Shown: positions 45,701 through 55,900 of the stretch, in pieces | How the letters are laid out: each line of letters begins with the position of its first letter | Position numbering within the stretch: the first letter of the stretch is position 1 | Origin: Isurus oxyrinchus | Taxonomy: Eukaryota | Direction: 5' to 3' | DNA length: 64,000 nt | Assembly: GCA_026770705.1 (NCBI GenBank) | Contig: JANJGN010000016.1 | Span: 88,412,001 to 88,476,000, forward strand | The notes under the pieces: generated by a model | The model's database searches: none | What the model was told of the DNA's origin: nothing | The model's input: the letters and a program-made list of their open reading frames with translations, nothing else | Translations under genes and position numbers: made by a program

Positions 45701-47630
45701 ACAGACTGGATTGTGAAGTTTGATGTACCTGAGTACACAGACTGGATTGAGCAGTGTGATGTGCCTGAGTGCACAGACTGGATTGTGAAGTGTGATGTAC
45801 GTGAGCACACAGACTGGATTATGAATTCTGATGTACCTGTGTACACCTACTGGATTGTTAAGTGTGATGTACCTGAGTACACAGACTGGATTTCGAAGTG
45901 TGATGTACCTGAGTACGCAGACGGGATTGTGAAATGTGGCATTCCTGAGCACACAGACTGGATTCTGAAGTGTGACGTACCTGAGTACACAGACTGGTTT
46001 GTGAAGTGTGATGTACCTGAGTACACAGACTGGATTGTGAAGTGTGATGTACCTGAGTACACAGACTGGATTGTGAAGTGTGTTATACGTGAGTACGGAG
46101 ACTAGATTGTGAAGCTTGATGTACCTGTGTACACAGACTGGATTGTGAACTGTGATGTACCTGTATACACAGACTGGATTGTGAAGTGTGATGTATGTGA
46201 TTACACGGATGGATTGTGACGTTTGTTGTAACTGAGTACACAGACTGTATTTTGAATTGTGGTGTATCTGAGTGCACAGACCTGATTGTGAACTGTTTTG
46301 CACCTGAGTACACAGAAAGGATTGTGAAGTGTGTTATATGTGACTTCACAGACTGGATTGTGATGTGTGATGTACATGAGTACAGAGACTAGATTGTGAA
46401 TTGTGATGTACCTGTATACACAGACTGGATTTAGAAGTGTCATTTACCTGAGTACACAGACTGGATTGTGAAGTCTGATGTACCTGAGCACACAGACTTG
46501 ATTGTGAAGTGTGTTATAAGTGAGTACACAGACTGTGTTGTGAATTGTGATGTGACTGAGTACACAGACTGGATTGTGAAGTGTGTTTTAAGTGAGTGCA
46601 CAGACTCGATTGTGTACTGTGATGTACCGGAGTATACAGTCTGGATTGTGAAGTGTGGCATACCTGAGTACACAGACTGGTTTCTGATGTGTGATGTGTG
46701 TGATTACACAGACTGGATTGTGAAGTGTGATGTACCTGAGTACACAGACTGGATTGTGAAGTGTGATGTACCAGTGTATGCAGACTGGATTGATTAGTGT
46801 GGAGTACCTGAGTACACAGTCTGGAATGTGAAATGTGGCATACCTGAGTACTCAGACTGGATTGTGAAGTGTGATTTACCAGAGTACACAGACTGGATTG
46901 TGAAGTGTGACGTACCTGAGTTCACAGACCGGATTGTGAAGTGTGATGTACGTGAGTACACAGACTGTATTGTGAAGTGTGATGTACCTGAGTACACAGA
47001 CTGGATTGTGAAGTGTGATGTACCTGAGTACACAGATTGGATTGTGAATTGTGACTTACCTGAGTACACAGACTGGATTGTGAAGTCTCATGTACCTGAG
47101 TACACAGATTGGATTGTGAAGTGTGTTGTACCTGAGTACACAGTTTGGATTTTGAAGTGTGACGTACCTGAGTACACAGATTGGATTGTGAAGTGTGTTG
47201 TACCTGAGTACACAGTTTGGATTTTGAAGTGTGACGTACCTGAGTACACAGACTGGATTGTGAAGTGTGATATACCTGAGTTCACAGACTGGATTGTGAA
47301 GTGTGGTGTACCTGAGTACACAGACTGGATTGTGAAGTGTGGTGTACCTGAGTACACAGACTGGATTGTGAAGTGTGGTGTACCTGAGTACACAGTTTGG
47401 ATTTTGAAGTGTGATGTACCTGAGTACACAGACTGGATTGTGTAGTGTGATATACCTGAGTATACAGATTTGATTGTGAAGTGTGATGTACCTGAGTACA
47501 CAGACTGGATTGTGAAGTGTGTTGTACCTGAGTACACAGACTGGATTGTGAAGTGTGATGTACCTGAGTACACAGACTGGATTGTGAAGTGTGATGTACC
47601 TGAGTACACAGACTGGACTGTGAAATGTAA
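3799..47630. repeat. 36-bp satellite array, ~43.8 kb, ~1200 head-to-tail monomers, with higher-order duplications
   Basis: Consensus GATTGTGAAGTGTGATGTACCTGAGTACACAGACTG repeated in one orientation with no visible TE insertion; 12-aa periodic pseudo-ORFs (KCDVPEYTDWIV / SGTSHFTIQSVY) confirm the 36-nt period. Confidence 0.99.
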
Positions 47631-48129
47631 CATCACCAATAAGTAGCCATTGTTAAACTATATTAATGACATTTTGCTGAGCAACTTATTAATAAAACTT
47701 TTATTGCAGCTTTTTTTTAGAACTTCATACATTGGCACAATTATCTGATCTGCCTATATTACTGCATTTAGACAATATATATTTGTAATATATTATTGTA
47801 ATATATAATGCAACATGAAATGATATATATTATTTATTACTCAGGCTTCTCTATATATTACTCAGCAGGATATATCATTACTAACATTTTAACTATATAG
47901 TGACACAGCTCTAATAACCATATTAATAAAGTTTTAATTGTATCTTTCATTCTCTCTGTGTTTACTGACACAATTCTCTGGTTTGTGGGTTACCCTATGT
48001 ACAAACCATCTGTGAAGTCCTTGGAGTAATGGCTCAAACTGACTTCATCAAACTGACATTCCAAATAGGCCGACATTGTTCATAACGGGATTAACTGTAA
48101 TTGTGTCAGATCTGAGCGTCAGCAGCTAA

Positions 48130-49140
48130 ACTAGAGAGAGGGATGGAGGATAGATAGAGAGAGGGATGGAGGTCAATTAGGGGGAGGGGTGAAAGTCAAA
48201 TAGAGAGGGGTGGAGGTCAGATAGACAGATGTAGGTCAGATAGAGAGAGGGATGGAGGTTAATTAGATGGAGGGGTGGAGGTCAAATAGAGAAGGGGTGG
48301 ATTTCAGATAGACAGAGAGATGGAGGTCCGATAGATAAAGGGATCGAGGTCAGATTGCGAGAGGAATGAAGGTCTGAAACGCAGAGTGATGGAGGTCAGA
48401 TGGAGCGAGGGATGGAGGTCAGGTGGAGAGAGGGATTGAGTCACATGGAGAGAGGGATGGAGGTCAGGTGGAGAGAGGGATGAAGGTCAGATAGAGAGAG
48501 GAATGGAGGTTAGATAGAGAGAGGAATGAAGGTCTGAAACGCAGAGTGATGGAGGTCAGATGGAGCGAGGGATGGAGGTCAGGTGGAGAGAGGGATGAAG
48601 GTCAGATAGAGAGAGGAATGGAGGTTAGATAGAGAGAGGAATGAAGGTCTGAAACACAGAGTGATGGAGGTCAGATGGACCGAGGGATAGAGGTCAGGTG
48701 GAGAGATGGCTGGAGCTCAGGTAGAGAGAGGGGTGGAGGTCAGATAGGGAGAGGGGTGGAGGACAGGTAGAGAGAGAGATGGAGGTCAGATAGAGGGATG
48801 GCTGGAGTCCAGATAGAGAGTAGGCTGGAGATCAGAAAGAGAAGAGTAGAGGTCAGATGGAGAGAGGGATGGAGGTTGGAGAGAAAGACGGATGGAGGTT
48901 GGAGAGAAAGACGGATGGAGGTCAGACAGAGAGAGGGATGGAGGCCAGATAGAGAGAGGGATGAAGATCAGATAGAGAGAGGGATGGAGTCAGATAGAGA
49001 GAGGGATGGAGGCCAGATAGAGAGAGGAATGAAGGTCAGGTAGAGAGAGAGATAGAGGCCAGATAATTATAGGGATGGAGGTCAGATCGAGAGTGATGGA
49101 GGTCAGATAGAGAGAGGGATGGAGAGCTGTTCAGGAGAGG
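48130..49140. repeat. Degenerate purine-rich ~23-bp tandem repeat
   Basis: Unit ~GAGAGAGGGATGGAGGTCAGATA; + strand strongly G/A-rich. Confidence 0.85.
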
Positions 49141-49149
49141 GATGGAGCT

Positions 49150-49562
49150 CGGATACACCGAGAGGTGAAGCTCAGTGAGGTGTGTATCTCAGAGGAAGTT
49201 CGGCACTCAGGGAGAGGGATGGTGATCAGGGATGTCTGTATCTGTGAGGAAGGTCGGACACTCAGAGGGAGGGATGGAGATCAGGGAGGTGTGTATCTGA
49301 GAGGAAGGTCGGACACTCAGAGCGAGGGATGGAGATCAGGGAGGTGTGTATCTGAGAGGAAGGTTGGACACTCAGAGGGAGGGATGGGGATCAGGGAGGT
49401 GTGTATCTGAGAGAAAGGTCAGACACTCAGAGGGAGGGATGGGGACCAGGGAGGTGTGTATCTGAGAGGAAGGTCGGACACTCAGAGGGAGGGATGGAGA
49501 TCAGGGAGGTGTGTATCTGAGAGGAAGGTTGGACACTCAGAGGGAGGGATGGAGATCAGGTG
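49150..49562. repeat. 55-bp minisatellite, about 7 copies
   Basis: Unit GAGGGATGGAGATCAGGGAGGTGTGTATCTGAGAGGAAGGTCGGACACTCAGAGG; TCAGGGAGGT at 49281, 49336, 49391 (period 55). Confidence 0.92.
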
Positions 49563-49704
49563 GAAGGAGGTAACTGTCCATTCTCTCCACCTATGCTGTA
49601 GTTTGGTGCAGACTAACCTGTTGCTCTGTGGATCCCTGGTTAATGCAGTCCCCTTGCTCCCTGCCTTTCAACTTCTCTCAATCCACATCACCACTTCCTC
49701 CCTG

Positions 49705-49886
49705 TAGGGAATGGGATTGAGACAGTAACCCAGAGGGAATGAGTTCAAATCCCAGGATGGGAAATAGTGAAATGGAATTGGATAAATCTGATCATTTGTT
49801 TTCTGGCTGCAGAAATTGTCCATAAATCCTGCTGGATTGCTGTAAAACACAAGGGACTCAGTGAGGGAAGCTGCCGGTCTCACCCT
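49705..49886 (+). mobile_element. Decayed tRNA-derived SINE-like fragment
   Basis: B-box-like GAGTTCAAATCCC at 49741 and colinear similarity to the better preserved element at 52585-52890 (cagtaa.ccagagg...ttcaaatccc...ataaatc...gtaaaa...agggaag). Confidence 0.5.
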
Positions 49887-50160
49887 GTCACTCTCTACCC
49901 TGTCAATCACTTTAAGAATTTTATATATTTCAATGGGATCACCTCTCATTCTTCTAAACTCCAGGGAATAATGTCCCAGTCTACTCAATCTCGCCTCATC
50001 GGACAATCCCCTCATCCCAGGAATCACTCTGGGGAATCTCTGCTGAACTCCTTCCAAGGCTGGTATATCCTTCCTTAGGTAAGGAGACCGAATCTGTACA
50101 CAGTAATCCATGTGTGGTCTCACCAAGGTCCGATAGAATTATAATAAGACTTCTTCACTC
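49887..50160 (-). mobile_element. CR1-clade LINE ORF2 C-terminal fragment (decayed)
   Basis: Minus-strand translation VRPHMDYCVQIRSPYLRKDIPALEGVQQRFPRVIPGMRGLSDEARLSRLGHYSLEFRRMRGDPIEIYKILK matches the typical CR1 post-RT motif (RPHLEYCVQFWSP...LE.VQRR.T...YEERL..LGL.SLE.RRLRGDLIE.YKI). Confidence 0.9.
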
Positions 50161-50879
50161 TGACAGGTACAGGAGCTGACACAGAGTCTCTCTCTTGCCA
50201 TCTCTCTCTCACTCTCACTCTCTCTCAATCTCTATCCTGCCTTGTCCCTCTGTAGATGTTCTCTGGGTGTGAGTGTGTAATATAAGGGGGTGTTTGTCAG
50301 TATATTTTCGATGCTCTATGGTTTCTGAGCATGGTGGGAGGGGATCAGGGCTCTGTTCTTTGACGTGACGCAGTGATATCTGTCCCAGTCTCTCAGACTG
50401 TGATGCTGTTGTTCTCTGTGACTGACGCTATGATATTGATTGTAATCTCACTCAGTGTGACACGAGGTTACATGTCTTGATCAGTGGTGAGGGAGGAGCA
50501 GACTGAACAAGGAGCTGCAATCATCAGTCACTGCCGAAATCCTTCACACAGCCCGCACACTCCGCAAACTTCTTCACTAAATATTCTTTCAGCTCCTTAA
50601 TGAGAGGCCTGGAGCTGAAAAGGGAAAAAGAGAAAGATATCTTTTCGAGAGGCTCATGGACACAATGTACACTGTACATTACCCACTAATGACACTCTGT
50701 CTACATTTAACTCATTGTTTAAGCTCCAGCCCACCTCCTGTTCCCATCCATATGTTTCAGTCAAGGAGCCTGATAAGCCTCTAGCACAGGAGGAGGCCAT
50801 TCAGCCCCTTGTGTCTGTGCTAGCTGTGCACTCAGATCATTCAGAACTAACCTCTCAGTTTAATGTCTGTAATGGGGAA

Positions 50880-51326
50880 GTGACTGGAACCTGTTATTAG
50901 AGACAGAATGAGTGATAAATATGAACTGATCAGAGAGAGTCAGCATGGATTTAAAAAGGATCAGACATCTTTAACTAAGCTGGTTACATTTTTTAAGGAG
51001 GTCACTAATGTGGTAGATCAGGGAATGTATATGGAAGTGATTGATATGGATTTCCAGAAGACATTCGAGAAGGTTCAACATGAGAGACTGTGAATAAAAA
51101 TGGAAGCAGATGGAATTTGAGGAAACCTGTTGCCATGGATGAGGTTAGGAGGCAGGAGACAGAGAGTAGGGATAATGTGTATGTGCTCCAATGAGCAAGA
51201 TGTGAATAGTGATGTCCCCAGGGATCTGTGCTGGAGCCTCAGCTTTTCACAATATTTATCAATGATTTGGATGAAGAAATAGAGAGCCATATATCCAAGA
51301 TTGCTGACGACACTAAGTTAGGCGGC
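50880..51326 (+). mobile_element. CR1-clade LINE reverse transcriptase fragment (decayed, internally deleted)
   Basis: LIRESQHGFKK..SLTKLVTFFKEVT..VDQG..MEVIDMDFQKTFEKVQHERL and [12 protein letters not shown] (~51291-51326) are CR1 RT motifs; in-frame stops present. Confidence 0.9.
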
Positions 51327-51808
51327 TTGGAGGAGGTTACAGAGATGGGGAGTGTCGAGGACTGAGAGGGATTTGAGAACAAGGATGAGAATTTTAAAAT
51401 CGAGACATTGCTGGGCTGGGAGGTCAGTGAGCACAGGGGGTGATGGGTGAACGGGACTTGGTGTGAGTTCAGATCCGGGCAGCAGAGTTTGGGATGAGCT
51501 CATGTTTACCGAGTGTGGAAGGTGTGACTCCGGCCAGGGCAGCATTGGAATCATCACGTTTCAGGGAACAAAGACATGGAGGAGATTCTCAGCAGCAGAT
51601 GGTCAGAGGCAGGCTGGACTCGGGCGATGTTACCGAGGTGGAAATAGGCTCTCTTAGCGATGGAGCGGATGATGTGGTCAGAAGCTCATCTCAGGGTCAA
51701 ACTGGACACCATGGCTGTGAACTGTGTGGTTCAGTGTCAGACAGACCCAGGGAGAGGGATGGAATCAGTGATGAGGGAACAGAGTTTGTGATGGGGACTG
51801 AAGACAAT
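51327..51808 (-). mobile_element. L2-type LINE ORF2 3' fragment lying inside the CR1 copy
   Basis: Minus-strand translation [40 protein letters not shown] resembles the L2 C-terminal motif ITPVL..LHWLP...R..FKIL.L.FK.L.GLAP.YL..LL. Confidence 0.7.
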
Positions 51809-51925
51809 GGCACATGGAGATCAACGTGGGGAGTGTGAAATCATCCACTTTGGACCTAAGAAAGATGGATCAGAGTAATTTGTAAATGGTGAGATGCTGG
51901 CAGCTGTGGAGGAGCAGAAAGATGA
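51809..51925 (+). mobile_element. Continuation of the CR1 RT fragment
   Basis: Encodes (with a frameshift) W.MEINVG.CEIIHFGPKK...NGEMLAAVEEQKD, the motif that follows ADDTKLGG in CR1 ORF2. Confidence 0.75.
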
Positions 51926-52269
51926 GGCCAAGGTTGTGAAGAGTCTGGTTCAGCAGCAGACAGTGCTCAGGGAGAGGGATGGAGTTTGTATCGGGAGCTG
52001 AAGACGATGGCTTTGATCTTCCCAATGTGTTTCCCAGTGAGCCTGCCTCCTCAGTCCTGACTGCTCTTAGCTGCTGTTCTTTTCACTGATCGGACAGTTA
52101 TTATTACAGATTCAGACCACAGCAGAAACCCCCAGTGTAAAAAATAACTGCAAAGATTGTCCGATCGCAAGACTGAAACGTAACCAAGAGAGGAAGTGAA
52201 AGAAGGAGCTCAGAGCAGCTGGATGTTTGTTACTGACACGGGAGAAAACTGTGAACCGTGTCCACTACC

Positions 52270-52405
52270 TAGAATCTTACAGCACAGAAGGAGGCCATTC
52301 AGCCCATCCTGCCTGTGAGTTACCCAGTGAGACCCACTGCCCCTCTCTGTCCCCATAACCCAGCAAATCTTTCCTTTTCAGGTAGATCTCCAATTCCCTC
52401 TTGTA
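52270..52405 (-). mobile_element. Probable CR1-type 3' tail remnant
   Basis: AGAATCTTACAGCACAGAAGGAGGCCATTCAGCCCATC resembles the antisense 3' UTR of shark CR1 elements (recognised from memory); a similar motif occurs at ~50783-50810. Confidence 0.5.
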
Positions 52406-52584
52406 GACCTGGGTCCACAGCTCGAGACTGTCTCGAACCTGGGCTCAAAATTGGCATCTCATTCATTCATTGGAAGACAAAATGCCCGGGGTGGGAAATG
52501 GAGCTCAGATCTCTAAAATAACTCTCCCCTCCTGAGGGACACTTCATGCTGGGATACATTTCGATGGAACCCGGGAACACAACA

Positions 52585-52890
52585 CGGGGGAGGCTGTGGG
52601 GTAGCGGCAATGTTACTGGACCAGTAATCCAGAGGCCCAGGGTAACGCTCTGGGGTCACACTTTCAAATCCCACCCTGGCAGCTGGTGGAATTTAAATTC
52701 AATTAATAAATCCAGAATTATAATTTAGTCTCAGTCACGGTGACCATGAAACCATTGTCGATTGATGTAAAAACCCATCTGGTTCACTCATGTCCTTTAG
52801 GGAAGGAAATCTGCTGTCCTTACCTGGTCTGGCCTACATGTGACTCCAGACCCACAGTAATGTGGTTGACTCTTCACTGCCTCTGAAATG
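52585..52890 (+). mobile_element. tRNA-derived SINE-like head (Pol III A/B boxes)
   Basis: A-box-like TGGGGTAGCGG 52597-52607 and B-box-like TTCAAATCC 52663-52671, followed by a body (GGGAAGGAAATCTGCTGTCCTTACCTGGTCTGGCCTACATGTGACTCCAGACCCACAG) typical of an abundant shark SINE family. Confidence 0.75.
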
Positions 52891-52989
52891 TCCTCCCATT
52901 TGTACCAAACTGCTATGAGGTCTAAAAGGAATGAAAGCAGATGGACCACCCACCATTGATCTAGACATTGGAAACGACAACAGCAAACT

Positions 52990-53440
52990 CAGCCCTGTCC
53001 ACCCTGCAAAGTCCTCCTGACTGACATCTAGGGACTAGTGCCAAAATGGGGAGAGCTGTCTCACAGACTAGTCAAGCAACAGCCTGACAGAGTCATCCTC
53101 ACGGAATCATACCTTACAGATAATGTCCCAGACACCACCATCAAAATCCCACCAGCAGGACAGGCCCAGCACAGGTGGTGACACAGTGGTATACAGTCAG
53201 GAGGGAGTTGCCCTGGGAGTTATCAACATCGATTCCCAACCCCATGAAGTCACATGGCAGCAGGTCAAACATGGGCAAGGAAACCTCCTGCTGATTACCA
53301 CGTACTGCCCTCCCTCAGCTGGTGAAGCAGTGCCCCTCCATGTTGAACATCACTTGGAGGGAGCACTGAGAGTGGCAAAGGCACAGAATGTACTCAGTGT
53401 GGAGAACTTCAATGTGCATCACTAAGAGCTGCTCGGTGTG
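52990..53440 (+). mobile_element. Non-LTR retrotransposon APE endonuclease fragment (CR1/L2 group, decayed)
   Basis: Translation GLVPKWGELSHRLVKQQPDRVILTESYL...QDRPSTGGDTVVY...LLITTYCPPS...VENFNVH fits APE motifs (D...L.E, DR...GGG, YRPP, GDFN); stops and frameshift present. Confidence 0.8.
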
Positions 53441-53514
53441 TTGAAGCCTCGACCTGATAGCAGGATATTTGACTGCAGGAGCCATCACCACTGAGCATAA
53501 TTTTCTCATCGACA

Positions 53515-54150
53515 ACGTGAATTTTTATAGCGCCTTAACATAAAAAACATCCCAAGAGGTTTCAGAGAGCTGCAGTAAGAGGAACGGGGGAGGGGATGGT
53601 GGGACTTCAGGAAGAGGGATCGAAGTCTTGGGTGAAAGGATGGAGCTTGATGGAGGAGAGAGAAGCCTGGAGAGGGGGAGGGATTAAGGCAGGAATTCAG
53701 GGAGCTGGGCCTAGGTGTCTGAAGGCTCTGCTGTCAATGTTGGGATGAAGGAAGCAGCGATGGGCAGGAGAGCAGAGTCAGAAGGTGGAAGGGTGAGGGA
53801 ATGAATGTGAGTCTGCAGCAGAACACAGAGGTAGGGAGGAGCGAGGCCATGGAGGGAATTGGAGGGCTGTGAGGTCAGGGGTTAGAGGTCAGTGAGGCCA
53901 GGGTAGTGTAGGAACAACACTTCATGTGGCACAGGGTATGGAACGCTGCATTTCGGATCAGTTAGGGTTTATGGAGCGTGGATGAAGGAAGCCGGGAGAG
54001 GACATCGGAATAATGGAGTCCGGAGGCGAGACAAACAGGGATAAGGGTTTCTGTGGTCAAGGGGCTGATGTAGTGTAGAGACGGACAATGTTGTGGAGAT
54101 GGAAATGAGAGGCTTACGGGATGGAGAGATGTGGAGTTTGAAGCTCAGAT
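53515..54150 (-). mobile_element. Highly decayed L2-like LINE 3' end
   Basis: Starts with TTTTTATAGCGCCTTAACATAAAAAACATCCCAAGAGGTTTCAGAG, resembling the antisense L2 3' tail, followed by purine-rich antisense ORF2-like sequence similar in style to 51327-51808. Confidence 0.5.
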
Positions 54151-54151
54151 A

Positions 54152-54868
54152 CTGGAGGCCCAATGGGAAGGAGGCCCATGTTTACTGGTCCCTATTGGAA
54201 GGTCCAGTGGGAAGGAGGCCCATGTTTACTGGTCCCTATTGGAGGGTCCAGTGGGAAACAGGCCCATGTTTACCGGTCCCTATTGGAGGCTCCAGTGGGA
54301 AGGAGGCCCATGTTTACTGGTCCCTATTGGAGGCTCCAGTGGGAAGGAGGCCCATGTTTACTGGTCCCTATTGGAGGGTCCAGTGGGAAGGAGGCCCATG
54401 TTTACTGGTCCCTATTGGAGGGTCCAGTGGGAAGGAGGCCCATGTTTACTGGTCCCTATTGGAGGATCCAGTGGGAAGGAGGCCCATGTTTACTGGTCCC
54501 TATTGGAGGCTCCAGTGGGAAGGAGGCCCATGTTTATTGGTCTCTATTGGAGGGTCCAGTGGGAAGGAGGCCCATGTTTACTGGTCCCTATTGGAGGATC
54601 CAGTGGGAAGGAGGCCCATGTTTATTGGTCTCTATTGGAGGGTCCAGTGGGAAGGAGGCCCATGTTTACTGGTCCCTATTGGAGGGTCCAGTGGGAAGGA
54701 GGCCCATGTTTACTGGTCCCTATTGGAGGCTCCAGTGGGAAGGAGGCCCATGTTTACTGGTCCCTATTGGAGGCTCCAGTGGGAAGGAGGCCCATGTTTA
54801 TTGGTCTCTATTGGAGGGTCCAGTGGGAAGGAGGCCCATGTTTACTGGTCCCTACTGGGGGCTCCAGT
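54152..54868. repeat. 44-bp minisatellite, about 16 copies
   Basis: Unit GGGAAGGAGGCCCATGTTTACTGGTCCCTATTGGAGGGTCCAGT; starts at 54165 and 54209 (period 44); very homogeneous. Confidence 0.97.
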
Positions 54869-54950
54869 GAGAGGGGATCTTATTAAAACATATAAAATCC
54901 TGAAGGGATTTGATAGATTGGATTCCAGGAGGTTGACCCCACTTCTCAGG
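54869..54950 (+). mobile_element. Short CR1 ORF2 C-terminal fragment
   Basis: Encodes RGDLIKTYKILKGFDRLDSRRL (CR1 motif RGDLIE.YKI..G.DR.D). Confidence 0.8.
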
Positions 54951-55503
54951 AGAGAGAAAAATGAGTAGGTGGAGGGACAAAGAAAGAGAGACAGAAAGTT
55001 AGGGAGAAATAGAGAGAGGGAGGGAGAGGGAAAGGAAGAGAAGGGGAGGGAGAGAGAGACCAAACAAGGAGAGTGAGACAAGAAGAACAAAAGAAGGAGA
55101 CAGGCAGAGAGAGAAGGGGAGAGAGACAGGGAGTGATGGACAGAGAGAGGGGGTGAGAGACAGACAGTGACGGATAGACACTGGGAGACGGAGGGAGAGC
55201 AACAGACAGAGAGTGATGGAAAGATACTGAGAGAGGGAGAGAGAGACAGAGTGTGATGGACAGAGAGAGGGAGAGATAGACGGAGAGTGATGGACAGAGA
55301 GAGGGAGAGAGAGACAGAGAGTGATGGACAGATAATGAGAGAGGGAGAGAGAGACAGAGTGTGATGGGCAGAGAGAGGGAGAGATAGACGGAGAGTGATG
55401 GACAGAGAGAGGGAGAGAGAGACAGAGAGTGATGGACAGACACTGAGAGAGGTAGAGAGAGACAGAGAGTGATGGACAGATACTGAGAGAGGGAGGGAGA
55501 GAG
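54951..55503. repeat. GA-rich low-complexity polypurine tract directly upstream of the V promoter
   Basis: (GA)n interrupted by a recurring GAGTGATGGACAGA motif. Confidence 0.9.
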
Positions 55504-55508
55504 TTGAA

Positions 55509-55605
55509 GAGGAAGTGAAAGGTGCTGACGTGGTTCTCTCTGGGTGATACCATTTACATACTGAGGAACAGCCAGTGAGACTCTGACAGGCTGCAGCTGT
55601 ATAAA
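55509..55605 (+). promoter_or_regulatory. Ig light-chain V promoter: Ets-IRF composite, CRE/UPRE-like site, variant octamer, E-box, TATA
   Basis: GAGGAAGTGAAA 55509-55520; TGACGTGG 55526-55533; ATTTACAT 55552-55559 (1 mismatch to the light-chain-orientation octamer ATTTGCAT); CAGCTG 55594-55599; TATAAA 55600-55605, about 60 nt before the leader ATG. Confidence 0.8.
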
Positions 55606-55665
55606 GCTGAGCCCAGTGAAGGGAGAGTTTATCAGTGACCAGGCACAGGGACAGGAGCAGACACC

Positions 55666-55714
55666 ATGATTTCAGCCATCCAGCTGATCTGGCCTCTGGC
55701 ATTCTGCATCGCAG
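55666..55714 (+). CDS. IGKV: Ig kappa-type light-chain leader exon (L-PART1): MISAIQLIWPLAFCIA+G
   Basis: ATG in good Kozak context (ACACCATGA), hydrophobic signal peptide, phase-1 donor GCAG|GTACAA at 55715; 186-bp intron 55715-55900 ends in a pyrimidine tract plus CAG. Confidence 0.93.
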
Positions 55715-55900
55715 GTACAAATCTCTCTCCTTCCACCGTGAATATTTTCCTGCTCTCCATTTCCAGCCAATTCGACTGACTTGTGATTGAAGGGAAAATG
55801 CTGAAAGCAGAGGAACTGTCACTGTCTCTAACAATATCTCATTTTACAGGCTCTTTGTGTGACAGTTCTTACTTCACTCTGTTTCTCTATTACCCCTCAG

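Noticed and set aside
3799-47630. CRISPR array (36-bp repeat length)
   Set aside because: Monomers are contiguous with no unique spacers, there are no cas genes, and the context is vertebrate.
3799-47630. RSS-like array from CACAGAC / CACAATC in the 36-bp monomer
   Set aside because: Only 5/7 heptamer matches and no nonamer-like sequence at 12 or 23 nt on either strand (best 4/9).
3759-47639. Hundreds of ORFs up to 565 aa (KCDVPEYTDWIV, SGTSHFTIQSVY, LRYITLHNPVCV, QVHHTSQSSLCT repeats)
   Set aside because: A 36-nt unit is a multiple of 3 and stop-free in four frames; ORFs overlap on both strands, with random stops and frameshifts and no splice or promoter context.
50160-50285. Apparent short intron (CAG|GTACAG ... 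pyrimidine tract TGTAG|) suggesting a second leader/V relic
   Set aside because: Upstream sequence is antisense CR1, and downstream frames hit stops within a few codons with no Ig motifs or RSS.
54093-54968. Three overlapping 235-291 aa ORFs
   Set aside because: Translations of the stop-free 44-bp minisatellite cycling through frames; the tail is a CR1 fragment.
54842-55834. Minus-strand Ser/Leu-rich ORFs (330, 184, 165 aa) and similar ORFs at 60716-62289
   Set aside because: Translations of GA/TC low-complexity repeats.
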